This document shows, in pieces, positions 28,812 to 38,341 of a stretch of 64,000 nt of DNA. Position 1 is the stretch's first letter. Each line of letters starts with the position of its first letter. The stretch is from Flavobacteriales bacterium (GTDB lineage: Bacteria > Bacteroidota > Bacteroidia > Flavobacteriales_F > PHOS-HE28): NCBI GenBank assembly GCA_016788295.1, contig JAEUSY010000026.1, forward strand, positions 64,020 through 128,019. The letters run 5' to 3'. Below the pieces are notes generated by a model. The model was not told where the DNA came from, did not search any database, and worked only from the letters and a program-made list of their open reading frames with translations. A program made the position numbers and the translations under genes.

Positions 28812-29425
28812 TCGCGATGTGCTTTGTCCGTGGCGGCCGAGGCTTCGGCGCTGTTCCGTTGTGCCAGGAAGCAGGAGCGGCACAGGGGCTGGTAGCTGTC
28901 GGTCTCGCCCAGCAGGATGAGGTCCTGGCTGGCGGTCATGCGGTGGCTGAAGTTGGCCAGGTCGCCACAGCGCATGCAGATGGCGTGCACCTTGGTCACG
29001 TATTCGGCCATGGCCATCAGGCGCGGCATGGGCCCGAACGGTCGGCCTTGGTAATCCATGTCGAGCCCGGCGGCGATCACGCGGATGCCCTGCTCGGCAA
29101 GTTGGGCGCACACTTCGGGAAGGCCATCATCGAAGAACTGGGCCTCGTCAATGCCTACTACCTCGATGTCCGAGGCCAGCAGGAGCAGGTTGCTGCTGTT
29201 GGGCACAGGTGTGCTGCGAATGCTGCTGGCGTCGTGGCTTACCACTTCGGCCTCGGCATAGCGGGTGTCCACGCTGGGCTTGAAGATCTCCACCTGCTGT
29301 TTGGCGAACTCGGCGCGGCGCAGGCGGCGGATCAGCTCTTCGGTCTTGCCGGAGAACATGCTTCCGCAGATCACTTCGATCCAGCCTTTGCGGTGGGTAC
29401 GGCTGCCGGTGTGCTCCAGGAACAT
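28808..29425 (-). CDS. tdk: thymidine kinase
   Basis: [14 protein letters not shown] (P-loop) and the C-terminal zinc ribbon CMRCG...CRSCF. Start at MFLEHTG (ATG 29423-29425). The stop overlaps the murF-alr start by 4 nt (ATGA). The ORF's upstream extension to 30127 overlaps the opposite-strand gene and is rejected. Confidence 0.9.
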   Translation of the reverse strand: MFLEHTGSRTHRKGWIEVICGSMFSGKTEELIRRLRRAEFAKQQVEIFKPSVDTRYAEAEVVSHDASSIRSTPVPNSSNLLLLASDIEVVGIDEAQFFDDGLPEVCAQLAEQGIRVIAAGLDMDYQGRPFGPMPRLMAMAEYVTKVHAICMRCGDLANFSHRMTASQDLILLGETDSYQPLCRSCFLAQRNSAEASAATDKAHRE

Positions 29426-29519
29426 GTGATCGTGGGAAACCCTGCGCGGGACGCGGCCGCCGGGCGATGCGAAAATAGGGATCTTCGCGTTGGACCTTTG
29501 TGTCCACAAGCTGTTGCAC

Positions 29520-30266
29520 ATGGCCACCGACAAGGCATTCCGAACCATGAACGAACTGGTGTCCGCATTGGCCAAGGCCGAACGCGAACTGGGCCAAGGG
29601 GCCTTGGGTCTCGAAGGTCTCGAACAGGCCTGTGGCGACGCCCGCGAACTGTATGAACGGTTGGTGATCCTGCGCCACAAGGCCCGTGAAGCGGCCGTAC
29701 AAATGGCACCCGCACCAGCCCCTCCTTCAACGCCACCTGCGCCAACGAAGAAGGAAGAGCCGGTGCCCGTGGTGGCCGAACCGCCCGCCATGCGCCTCGA
29801 TACACGGCCACCGGAAACGGCCCCACGCCAGGTCTCGCTGATCGAGGCCATCGAGGCCACCGAGCAGGTGCCGGAGGAAGAAGCTCCGACACCAATTGCA
29901 CCTGCTGCACCACAGGTTGAGCCTCTCAAGGCAACCGTGCCAACGGAACCGGCCCGCGAGATGGCGTCCCCCAATGCGGCTTCATTGCCCAAGAGCGCAC
30001 CCACCTTGGCCGAGAAGCTTGAGAAGGCATCGATCAACGACCTGTCCAAGGCCATCAGCCTCAGCCACAAATTCTGGTTCGTGGCAGAGCTGTTCAATGG
30101 CGACCGTATCACATACGACAAGACCATTGAGCGTCTGAATGCCTTGGCGAGCCATGCCGAGGCACAGGGCTATCTGCAGGCCGAGGTGTTGGATAAGCTG
30201 AAGAAGCCTGCCGATCCCGAAGCGGTCGCCACCTTCCAGGAACTCGTCAAACGCCGTTACGCATGA
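29520..30266 (+). CDS. hypothetical protein with central Pro/Ala-rich linker
   Basis: N-terminal helical region, then ~90 aa of [26 protein letters not shown]... low-complexity linker, then a conserved-looking C-terminal domain ([25 protein letters not shown]). The stop overlaps the M28 peptidase start. Confidence 0.45.
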   Translation: MATDKAFRTMNELVSALAKAERELGQGALGLEGLEQACGDARELYERLVILRHKAREAAVQMAPAPAPPSTPPAPTKKEEPVPVVAEPPAMRLDTRPPETAPRQVSLIEAIEATEQVPEEEAPTPIAPAAPQVEPLKATVPTEPAREMASPNAASLPKSAPTLAEKLEKASINDLSKAISLSHKFWFVAELFNGDRITYDKTIERLNALASHAEAQGYLQAEVLDKLKKPADPEAVATFQELVKRRYA

Positions 30267-31531
30267 CGCGCAGAACGCTTGCCCTTCTGTGCCTGCTCAT
30301 TAGCGGGCTGTTACATGCGCAGGACCCTGCTACCATCACGGCACAGGCCCGCAATTACCTGAACACGCTCACCTCGCCCGAATTCCACGGCCGTGGCTAT
30401 GTGAACAATGGACAGGGCATTGCGGCAGAGTGGATCGCCGCACAATTCGGTCGCCTTGGGCTGAAGCCGGTGAAGCAGGACTTCTACCAGCCCTTCGCGT
30501 TCAACGTGAACAGCTTTCCGGACAGCATCGGTGTAACCGTGGACGGCAAACGGTTGGTGCCGGGTGCCGATTTCCTTGTGGATCCCGCGAGCGGCAGGTC
30601 GGAGGGCAGCTTTGCTCTGGTACACCTGGCCCCGTCGGACCTGTTCAATCCCGAACGCAAGGCCATGACCTTGGGCGTGCTCAGCGGCAAGGCGGCGTGT
30701 TTACACTGGCCATCCACCACCAACAAGGATTCATTGCAGCGCTTCCATGAATTGGAGCGTGAACTGATGCACTACGGTCCCGTGGTGAAACCCGTGAGCG
30801 GGAAGCTGACCTGGTCGGTCGCGCAGGAATCGTTGCCTTTTCCCTTGGTGGAGATATCGTCCGCCTTTCTAACGGACAGCAGTGCTACCATCGACATGCA
30901 CGTGCGTAACCGCATGCTGGTGCGCAATCCCGCGCGTAACGTGCTGGGCATGGTGAAGGGGCGAAGCAAGGACTGGGTGATCGTGAGCGCGCACTATGAT
31001 CATTTGGGACGCATGGGTCCCGATGCGCTTTTCCCCGGCGCCAACGACAATGCGAGCGGTGTGGCCATGCTGCTGAGCCTGGCGGAATGGTTCACCAAGA
31101 ACTCTCCGAAGCACAACATCCTTTTCGTTGCCTTTGCCGGTGAAGAGGCCGGATTGATCGGTTCCGAGTGGTGCGCCCTCGACCGCCCCATTGATCTTGG
31201 TCGCGTGAAGTTGATGGTGAACCTCGATATCCTGGGCACGGGCGATGATGGCATCACCGTGGTGAACTCCACTGCCCAGCAGGCCCAGTTCGATCGAATG
31301 GTGCAGATGAATACCCAGCGTGGTCTGCTCAAGGAAGTGAAGCCACGTGGACCGGCCTGCAACAGCGACCATTGCCCTTTCGTGAAGCGCGGCATTCCCG
31401 CAATCTTCATTTACACCATGGGCGGTGTGGCGCACTACCACGACGTGTTGGACAAGGCGGATACGCTGCCCCTGACCGAGTTCGCCGACCTGCATGCGTT
31501 GTTGCGCGAGTTCATTGCCACCATCAAGTGA
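30263..31531 (+). CDS. M28-family zinc peptidase (aminopeptidase)
   Basis: Signal peptide, PA-like region, and the M28 metal-binding motifs SAHYDHLG, NDNASGVAMLLSLAEW, FVAFAGEEAGLIGS. Confidence 0.8.
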   Translation: MTRRTLALLCLLISGLLHAQDPATITAQARNYLNTLTSPEFHGRGYVNNGQGIAAEWIAAQFGRLGLKPVKQDFYQPFAFNVNSFPDSIGVTVDGKRLVPGADFLVDPASGRSEGSFALVHLAPSDLFNPERKAMTLGVLSGKAACLHWPSTTNKDSLQRFHELERELMHYGPVVKPVSGKLTWSVAQESLPFPLVEISSAFLTDSSATIDMHVRNRMLVRNPARNVLGMVKGRSKDWVIVSAHYDHLGRMGPDALFPGANDNASGVAMLLSLAEWFTKNSPKHNILFVAFAGEEAGLIGSEWCALDRPIDLGRVKLMVNLDILGTGDDGITVVNSTAQQAQFDRMVQMNTQRGLLKEVKPRGPACNSDHCPFVKRGIPAIFIYTMGGVAHYHDVLDKADTLPLTEFADLHALLREFIATIK

Positions 31532-32214
31532 GCACTGCGGCAAAGGCACAGTTGGTCCTGGTACCCACACCGATCGGTAACCTGGACGACATCACCCTGC
31601 GCGCTGTTCTAGTGCTGCGCGAAGTGGATGCTGTGATCGCGGAGGATACACGGGTCAGTGGTCGGTTATTGCAACATCTGGGCATTGCCAAGCCGCTGGT
31701 GAGCTTTCACAGCAATAACGAACACCGCATGGTGGACCAGCTCGTGCACCGGTTGGCCAATGGTGAGCGGTTCGCTTTGGTGAGCGATGCCGGAACCCCG
31801 GCCATCAGCGATCCTGGTTTCCTGCTGGTGCGCGCCGCCATCAAGGCCGGTGTGTCTGTTGAATGTTTGCCCGGCGCCACTGCATTCGTACCTGCCTTGG
31901 TGAACAGTGGACTGCCGTGCGACCGCTTCACGTTCGAGGGTTTCCTGCCGGTGAAAAAGGGCAGGCAAACGCGTATCGCAGCATTGAAGGACGAAGAGCG
32001 CACGATGGTGTTCTACGAGAGTCCGCACCGCATCTTGCGAACGCTGCAAGACCTTGTTCAGGCATGGGGTGGCGCTCGTGCTGCCAGTGTCTCGCGCGAG
32101 CTGAGCAAGCTGCACGAAGAGACCGTTCGTGGTACCCTTGATGAACTGGTGGCGCATTTCACCACACATGAACCTCGTGGCGAGTTCGTGCTGGTGGTGG
32201 GTGGCGCCATGTGA
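31528..32214 (+). CDS. rsmI: 16S rRNA (cytidine1402-2'-O)-methyltransferase
   Basis: LVLVPTPIGNLDDITLRAVLVLREVDAVIAEDTRVSGRLL...LVSDAGTPAISDPG is canonical RsmI. GTG start at 31528 overlaps the M28 stop (GTGA). Confidence 0.85.
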   Translation: MSTAAKAQLVLVPTPIGNLDDITLRAVLVLREVDAVIAEDTRVSGRLLQHLGIAKPLVSFHSNNEHRMVDQLVHRLANGERFALVSDAGTPAISDPGFLLVRAAIKAGVSVECLPGATAFVPALVNSGLPCDRFTFEGFLPVKKGRQTRIAALKDEERTMVFYESPHRILRTLQDLVQAWGGARAASVSRELSKLHEETVRGTLDELVAHFTTHEPRGEFVLVVGGAM

Positions 32215-32233
32215 TCCTTCAACCCCCTTTCCC

Positions 32234-33250
32234 ATGAATGCCTGGACCCTTGTTTCCCACGCCGGTCCCCATGAGGGGTTCGTGCTCAAGCAACATCCTG
32301 AACCTGTTCCAGGGCCATCCCAAGTGAGGATTGCCGTGGAAGGCTTCGGACTGAACTATGCGGATGTGATGGCGGCCCGTGGCTTGTACCGTGATGCGCC
32401 ACCCCTTCCGAGCGTGATCGGCTACGAAGTGGTCGGCCGCGTGGAGGCGTTCGGTGCAGATGTTCCCGCCGACATGTTGGGCAAGCGCGTGGTGGCCATG
32501 ACGCGGTTCGGTGGTTACGCGCAACAGGTGGTCACCGACCATCGCGCATGTGCGGTGGTGCCGGAGGATATGTCTTTAGGCGTTGCTGCGGCCTTGGCCA
32601 CACAAGGCGCCACGGCGTGGTATGCTGCGCGTGTGATCTGCCCATTGTCTCCTGGTCAACGCGTGCTTGTGCACAGTGCGGCTGGAGGTGTGGGACAGTT
32701 GTTGGTGCAACTGGCGCTTGATGCCGGATGTGAGGTCTATGCCATTGCCGGCGGACCGGAGAAAGGTGCTCACCTCAAACAAATGGGTGCGCAGCATGTC
32801 ATTGATCGGCTGGCGGGTCCTTATGAGCGCACGGTCTCCGGGTTGTTGGGCAACGAGCGGATCGATGTCAGTTTCAATGCTGTCGGGGGTTCTTCCTACA
32901 AGAAGGACATGCGCCTGCTGGGCGTGGGTGGCAGACTGGTGTTGTTCGGTGGTGCGGAACGTGGCGCGCTGGGTCTGTTCGGAACACTCCGCTTCGTGTG
33001 GCGCATGGGCTTCGTTGTCCCCATCTTCCTGATGATGCAGAGCCGCAGCGTGCTCGGCATCAACATGCTCAAGCTGAGCGATCGCCGTCCCGAACTGGTG
33101 GCGAAGTGCATGCACGAAGCGGTAGCCGCCGCCATGCGCGGTGTGCTGCGTCCGCATGTGCACAAGGAGTATCCCGCGAGCGCACTGCCACAAGCCCACG
33201 TCGATCTCGCTTCGGGACATACAAGCGGGAAATTGGTGGTGCGCTGGTAA
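32234..33250 (+). CDS. zinc-binding alcohol dehydrogenase family / quinone oxidoreductase (MDR superfamily)
   Basis: GFGLNYADVMAARGLY...VLVHSAAGGVGQLLVQLA (Rossmann) matches quinone-oxidoreductase-like MDRs. Start at MNAWTLV (ATG 32234). Confidence 0.75.
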   Translation: MNAWTLVSHAGPHEGFVLKQHPEPVPGPSQVRIAVEGFGLNYADVMAARGLYRDAPPLPSVIGYEVVGRVEAFGADVPADMLGKRVVAMTRFGGYAQQVVTDHRACAVVPEDMSLGVAAALATQGATAWYAARVICPLSPGQRVLVHSAAGGVGQLLVQLALDAGCEVYAIAGGPEKGAHLKQMGAQHVIDRLAGPYERTVSGLLGNERIDVSFNAVGGSSYKKDMRLLGVGGRLVLFGGAERGALGLFGTLRFVWRMGFVVPIFLMMQSRSVLGINMLKLSDRRPELVAKCMHEAVAAAMRGVLRPHVHKEYPASALPQAHVDLASGHTSGKLVVRW

Positions 33251-33734
33251 AGACCGCCCTGCATTGACATTGTTCAACCTGTCATGGCACAAGTGATCCG
33301 TGCCGAGAGACCCGATCGGCGCCACTTCCTGGGCGGAGCCTGGCCTTCTTGTGCAGCGGTTCTGCGAAAGTGCCAAGTGTAATCGCTCGGGTTCCGAGGG
33401 GCACCGAAAGACCAGTGCAGTGCTTAGTGCAGATGAGCGCCATGCCATGCTCTCCATGTTTCCCAAGGACCTCGACTTTTAATTCAAGCTCACCATGCTC
33501 GACCACGTTCAACCTGAGCACTGCCAGAACACCTTTGGTGTCATTGGCCTTTGTGGCGTATGATCCGCTGGCCACGTCCATAGTGAAGCTTTTATTAACT
33601 ACCATCCTCCGGTATTCGATGCAGACCTGTTCGGTGCTGAGGAGGAAGCGTTGACCTGATTGGACGGTTAACTGTCGAGCGGTCAAGTGCGGTATCGTGT
33701 AGACGGCTATCTTGTGGCTGCACTACACGTTCGC

Positions 33735-34388
33735 ATGAAACCATGGCCGTTCTCCAACACTACACCGTTGCCCGTTGCAAGAGGGGTCTACGGCAGTTGC
33801 CCTGGTCGTCATGCGCTCATCATTGGTCTATTGCTTTTCGTGGCTTCAGGAGTTGCGGTAGCGCAACCGTCGACCTTCGCGATCTGGAAAGGGAATAGTG
33901 TTGTCGGCAAGGTGTACGTGGACCGTAAGGTGCAGGGAGAACGGACGCAGTACGTGATGACCTCGCGAGCGGAGGTGCAGGTATTGTGGACGCAACGTAT
34001 CCGGACATCCGCCTCCACGGAGTATCTCGGTGGGCGCCTCACGTCGTGCCATACGGCCGTGAACGTGAACGATGAACTTCGTGACAGTAGCCGCATGCAT
34101 GGTGCTGATGGCCGCTGGTCAGGTTACCTGCATCCAGGGCGCACTATGCCGGTGACCTGCCGCAATCCATGGTCCACGGCCCGGATGTACTATGAGGAAC
34201 CACTTGGACAGCAGACCGTGTATGTGGAAAGCGTGCTTGCGGATTGTCCACTGCGACGGATCTCTGAAGGGGTCTACCAGCTTACACTGCCCGATGGTCA
34301 CGTGAACCGCTACGTGTACCGCAACGGTGTTCTACAAGAGATCCAGGTGGACCGTCTGTTCTTCGATCTGGTGTTCCGGAGGGTATAG
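33735..34388 (+). CDS. hypothetical secreted protein
   Basis: Hydrophobic signal (ALIIGLLLFVASGVAVAQ) and a beta-rich body with no recognisable domain. The start is uncertain; the ORF begins at 33687. Confidence 0.35.
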   Translation: MKPWPFSNTTPLPVARGVYGSCPGRHALIIGLLLFVASGVAVAQPSTFAIWKGNSVVGKVYVDRKVQGERTQYVMTSRAEVQVLWTQRIRTSASTEYLGGRLTSCHTAVNVNDELRDSSRMHGADGRWSGYLHPGRTMPVTCRNPWSTARMYYEEPLGQQTVYVESVLADCPLRRISEGVYQLTLPDGHVNRYVYRNGVLQEIQVDRLFFDLVFRRV

Positions 34389-34528
34389 AGCCCCGTTGTT
34401 CGGTACCATCCGTTGCCTGTTCCATCCGCGTGTCTGCCCGTTCCATCGGGTTTGATGAGGAGAAGCGTTCGCTCGGCGATCACTTTCGTTCCGTCGCTCA
34501 TGTCGGGCGATGTAAGAACACAACGATC

Positions 34529-34957
34529 ATGGGAACGAGGAAGACGGAGAGCGCACTGCGCGGAGGACTATTGGTGTTGTACATATCGCTATTGATACTG
34601 GTACTGTTGCCATCCTGCCAACAGGATGAACTCGTGCAGCCGTCCGTGCAGAACAGCGGTGGCCAGGGTGCCGATGACAATGGTGGAGGGGGCAATGGCA
34701 GTGATGATCCTCCTGGCGATGACAACGGCAGTGGTGGCAACGGCAATGACGACGCTGCGGGTGACGATAATGGCGGAAGCGGCAACGACGACTCCCCGGG
34801 CGATGACAACGGTGGCGGTAGTAACGGGAACGATGATCCGCCGGGTGACGATAACGGAGGAGGCAATGGCAGTGATGATCCTCCTGGCGATGACAATGGT
34901 GGTGATGATGAGGGCGATGATGACCCGCCCGGCGATGATAATGGCGGCGGGAACTGA
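34529..34957 (+). CDS. Asp/Gly/Asn-rich tandem-repeat lipoprotein
   Basis: Lipoprotein signal MGTRKTESALRGGLLVLYISLLILVLLPSC, followed by about seven degenerate repeats of GDDNGG(G/S)GNG(S/N)DDPP. No ordered domain. Confidence 0.55.
   Translation: MGTRKTESALRGGLLVLYISLLILVLLPSCQQDELVQPSVQNSGGQGADDNGGGGNGSDDPPGDDNGSGGNGNDDAAGDDNGGSGNDDSPGDDNGGGSNGNDDPPGDDNGGGNGSDDPPGDDNGGDDEGDDDPPGDDNGGGN
34663..34954 (+). repeat. Coding tandem repeat, ~39-42-nt unit x7, encoding GDDNGGxGNGxDDPP
   Basis: Repeated ggcgatgacaa(t/c)gg(c/t)gg...gatgatcc(t/g)cc(t/g) units are visible by eye. Confidence 0.6.
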
Positions 34958-35036
34958 ACGGTACGATCGAGGAGGAGGGGAGCGGACCTGGCGTAAGCCG
35001 GGTCCGCTCGTTCGTGGCCCTGGAATGGATTTGAAT

Positions 35037-35067
35037 ACAAAGACCCCGGCAAGCGCCGGGGTCTTTG
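35037..35067. terminator. Bidirectional intrinsic terminator hairpin between convergent genes
   Basis: caaagaccccggc-aagc-gccggggtctttg: 12-bp GC-rich stem with tetraloop, flanked by A/T-rich sequence on both sides. A weaker hairpin lies at 34981-35008. Confidence 0.6.
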
Positions 35068-35085
35068 TATGAATTCGGGATGCTC

Positions 35086-37050
35086 TTACTCCTTGCTGAA
35101 GGTGCGAACAATACGGCCTTCGCTGGTGATCGCCTCGAGCACATAGGTGCCAGTGGTCAATGCGGAAACATCGATCCGGTTGTTGCCCAAAGTCGTGTTG
35201 ATCACCGAGCGGCCGGCAGCGTCGATCACACGAACGAGCGTGTTGGCGGGAATGCCCGTCACGGTCAGTTGATCGATGGCAGGCACGGGGAACACGCACA
35301 CATCGGCACCGGGTGCTTCTGCCACGCTGGTCTGCAGTTCCTCGGTGATGGTGTGCAGGATATTGATGGCGGGATCCTCGATAACCTGCACGATGCCGGA
35401 TGGCCAGCGGATCGACATCTGGAGCACCTCTTCGTCCGTTCCGAGGCCGAAGTGCGCGTAGAGCGTGCTCATATAGCGGAAGCCATCACCGCTGCGGATC
35501 TCGCGGATCTGCGAGCCCGATGCAGTGGTGATGGTGATACGGGCACCGATCGCGCTCTTATTGCTCACCGTTCCGATCAGCCGCACACGCATCCAGTTGT
35601 TCTCATTGGGTTCGTTCAGGCGCAGTGTGCTGCCGTTCACGATGTCCAGGAAACCATCGTTGTTCAAGTCGGCCACAGGGCCGTTGCCGGGAACGGTGTT
35701 GTCCAGAGTGAACGTCATGTCGCCATTGTTTACCAGTATGCCACCACCACCATGGATGTCCAACCAGCCGTCGTTGTTGAAGTCGTGCGTGGTCCATTCA
35801 ATGCTCTGGCCCGTGAAGTTGTCGATGCCTGAACCGGCAGTGACATTCGTGAACGTGCTGTTGCCGTTGTTGCGCATCAGCTTGTGGTATCCACTGGAAC
35901 TGGCACCGATCAATACGTCCATGTCGCCATCGTTGTCGAAATCGCCCCAGGCACTGCTCCAGCTCTGGTGGCTGTCAGCGAAGCCGAGCGCCACGTTCAT
36001 TTCGGTGAAGGTGCCATCGCCGTTGTTGCGCATGATCTGGTCCACGGGATCGCAACCGCACTTGGCGATGAACAGGTCCTGGTCGCCATCGTTGTCCCAA
36101 TCGGTCCAGAGCGAACCGTAGTTGCCGCACGTGGGCCCATAGCCTCCCTGTGTGAAGGTGAGGTTGCCGGATCCATCGTTCACGAAGGCCACATTGGCGT
36201 CCACATCGTGGCAGGAAAAGCCGTCCAGATCGCCATCGTTCTCCAGGTCCACCATATTGGTGCGCTGGCAGAAGATGTAGGGGTTGCCAGGGAAGTTGAA
36301 CTGCGTGAAGCCACTGCCATCGCTCGTGGCGAACATGATGGTGGCACCCTGTCCACCGCCGTAGATCATGTCGTTCCAGCCGTTGCCATCCAAGTCACCT
36401 GCGGCAAAGCTCCATGAGGGGGTGTGCACGGCCGTGGTGGTCATGATCGTGGTGGTCTGGAACCCACCTGTGGCCAGTTGCTTCAGGATGGTGACCGCAT
36501 TGGCGCTCACACCCACGATATCATCGAGCCCATCGTTGTTCATGTCCAATGCCCCGATGCCACTTGTGGCAATTGACGTGGACCCGAAGTTGATCAGCTC
36601 GACCGGAGGCGTTGGCGGAGCCATTTCCAAAAGGCCGAAGGTGAAACCATTGGCCGTCCAGTAGTTGTCGAACACAATGGTGTAGGTGACACCAGCGGTC
36701 ACACTGAAGTTGCAGATGGATGAGTAGCCCGGTCCGGTGTCGTCATCGGCGGCGAGGCAGGTCAACGCACCACAATTGCCCGTGTAGACATGCACGCGGG
36801 TATCCACGGTCGGGTAGCCGCTGAGGTAGGAGGTCACCTGCATGGCGGTATCCACGGTGGCCGTGAATCTGTACCAATTGGCCATGCTCGAAGCGGCTCC
36901 GATGCAGAGCGGCGAAGCGGGTTGTGTGCCGTTGATCGCGGCAACGGTGTGCAGACCAATGCCGATGGGCAGGGCTGTGGCACAGGTGCTCTGGGCGCTT
37001 GCGGTGCCAAATGACAGCAGGGCCAGAGCAGGAAGTAACAGGTGTTTCAT
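35086..37050 (-). CDS. FG-GAP/VCBS-repeat beta-propeller protein with ASPIC/UnbV domain (CRTAC1 family) and T9SS C-terminal sorting domain
   Basis: Signal MKHLLLPALALLSFGTASAQ. Repeated DxDGDGxxD FG-GAP/VCBS motifs (WGDFDNDGDMDVLIG). UnbV_ASPIC block RVRLIGTVSNKSAIGARITITTASGSQIREIRSGDGFRYMS. T9SS CTD VCVFPVPAIDQLTV...GRIVRTFSKE. Confidence 0.85.
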   Translation of the reverse strand: MKHLLLPALALLSFGTASAQSTCATALPIGIGLHTVAAINGTQPASPLCIGAASSMANWYRFTATVDTAMQVTSYLSGYPTVDTRVHVYTGNCGALTCLAADDDTGPGYSSICNFSVTAGVTYTIVFDNYWTANGFTFGLLEMAPPTPPVELINFGSTSIATSGIGALDMNNDGLDDIVGVSANAVTILKQLATGGFQTTTIMTTTAVHTPSWSFAAGDLDGNGWNDMIYGGGQGATIMFATSDGSGFTQFNFPGNPYIFCQRTNMVDLENDGDLDGFSCHDVDANVAFVNDGSGNLTFTQGGYGPTCGNYGSLWTDWDNDGDQDLFIAKCGCDPVDQIMRNNGDGTFTEMNVALGFADSHQSWSSAWGDFDNDGDMDVLIGASSSGYHKLMRNNGNSTFTNVTAGSGIDNFTGQSIEWTTHDFNNDGWLDIHGGGGILVNNGDMTFTLDNTVPGNGPVADLNNDGFLDIVNGSTLRLNEPNENNWMRVRLIGTVSNKSAIGARITITTASGSQIREIRSGDGFRYMSTLYAHFGLGTDEEVLQMSIRWPSGIVQVIEDPAINILHTITEELQTSVAEAPGADVCVFPVPAIDQLTVTGIPANTLVRVIDAAGRSVINTTLGNNRIDVSALTTGTYVLEAITSEGRIVRTFSKE

Positions 37051-37079
37051 GGGTGTTTGGAGGTCAGGTTCCGGTCGGT

Positions 37080-38189
37080 TCAGTTGCAGGGTACAGGCAT
37101 CGAATTGATCCAAGTGGCGATCATGTCCACCGCCTCTTGGTGCACGATGGTCCGGCCCATCAGCGGCATGCGCACGGCTTCATCATTGCTCGACATACGG
37201 AAGTGCATCATGGAGCGCGCTGCATTCCCGCGTGCCACGATGTACGTCATGCTCGGTTCAATGGGGTCGTCCGGCTGAACACACACGCCCTGGTTCACGG
37301 GGTCGGCGTTCTCGTTCCACGCGAAGCGCATGGGCCGGTAGCTGCAGTGGCGCAGGTCGGTGTGACAATGGGCGCAGTTCATGTCCAGATAGGCCCGCAC
37401 ACGGTCATCTAAAGGTTTGGTCATATCGTCCCAGGCCACCACGGTATTGATGTTCTTCGGGTAGCCGGACTGCAGATAGCCTTGCTCCACCCACTTCGCC
37501 AATTGGTTCTTTACGCCATCGCCGAATGCGTATTGGCTGTTCATGTTCTGGGGCTTGGGACCGATGGGCGATGCCTCGTCGCTCACTTTGTGACAAGTGT
37601 GGCATTCGGCCTCAGCTGGTATGCGATAGCTAATGGTGCGCGTCACGCCGTTCTCGTCGGTCCACGTAACGGGGGTGTTGCTTCCGTTCAGGTCGAGATA
37701 GGCCTCGGTCTGCTCGGCATTCCACACATAATCGGCGAACTCCCATTGGCCGAAGCGTTTGAACAGCAATCGTGTTTCAATGATGCGGCGGGTGTTGCCC
37801 GGTTGCACACCATCGTAATAGAAGGTCTTGATAAGAACGGCACCGTCGGGGAAGTCCAGTATGTTGCCATCGCCGTTGTAGGTGGCCTTCACACCAGGTG
37901 GCATCCACACGAAGCGGAACTTGTGCGCGTAGTCGGTGAACAGCGGTGTGATGGGTTCGTAGGGAAGCACCGAGACCACGGGCCGCTGCTGGGCCATTGG
38001 GCCCTTGAAGAACTTGTAGGCGCTAAGGGTGGGGTAAGGCACGGTGGCCGGGTCGAACACCACGGCATCAGCCTCCGGCGTAATAACCTCATCGGGTGTA
38101 CCGGTGAGCGGTTCCTTGGTGCAGGCGGCCAATGCCACCAATGCGAGCAGGGTGATCAGTGCGAGCGGTCTCACGGAATGGCGGAGCAT
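37080..38189 (-). CDS. diheme c-type cytochrome lipoprotein (two CxxCH motifs; SO_2930-like family)
   Basis: Lipoprotein signal MLRHSVRPLALITLLALVALAAC. Two heme-binding motifs, AECHTCHK and NCAHCHTD, ~100 aa apart. 369 aa. Directly upstream (same strand, 29-nt gap) of the UnbV protein. Confidence 0.7.
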   Translation of the reverse strand: MLRHSVRPLALITLLALVALAACTKEPLTGTPDEVITPEADAVVFDPATVPYPTLSAYKFFKGPMAQQRPVVSVLPYEPITPLFTDYAHKFRFVWMPPGVKATYNGDGNILDFPDGAVLIKTFYYDGVQPGNTRRIIETRLLFKRFGQWEFADYVWNAEQTEAYLDLNGSNTPVTWTDENGVTRTISYRIPAEAECHTCHKVSDEASPIGPKPQNMNSQYAFGDGVKNQLAKWVEQGYLQSGYPKNINTVVAWDDMTKPLDDRVRAYLDMNCAHCHTDLRHCSYRPMRFAWNENADPVNQGVCVQPDDPIEPSMTYIVARGNAARSMMHFRMSSNDEAVRMPLMGRTIVHQEAVDMIATWINSMPVPCN

Positions 38190-38288
38190 GCGAAGGCATG
38201 AAGGTAACATGGGCTACCGATGGGAATGACGCCGGAAGGGCGGGTGGGCGTTGCTTTGCTTGTGGAGCATTCGTTCAGGATACACGAA

Positions 38289-38324
38289 GAAAAGAAGGCC
38301 GGGGTTGGGTCCCCGGCCTTCTTT
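38289..38324 (-). terminator. Intrinsic terminator hairpin between the two copies of the cytochrome/UnbV module
   Basis: aagaaggccgggg-ttgggt-ccccggccttctt: perfect 13-bp stem, followed on the minus strand by UUCUUCG. Confidence 0.5.
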
Positions 38325-38341
38325 GTTGTCAAGTTGGGTGC

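Noticed and set aside
28808-30127. 439-aa minus-strand ORF extending tdk upstream
   Set aside because: Only the C-terminal 205 aa match thymidine kinase. The extension is Ala/Ser/Gly-rich and overlaps the + strand hypothetical gene 29520-30266.
32576-33466. 296-aa minus-strand ORF
   Set aside because: Antisense to the MDR-family dehydrogenase; no features.
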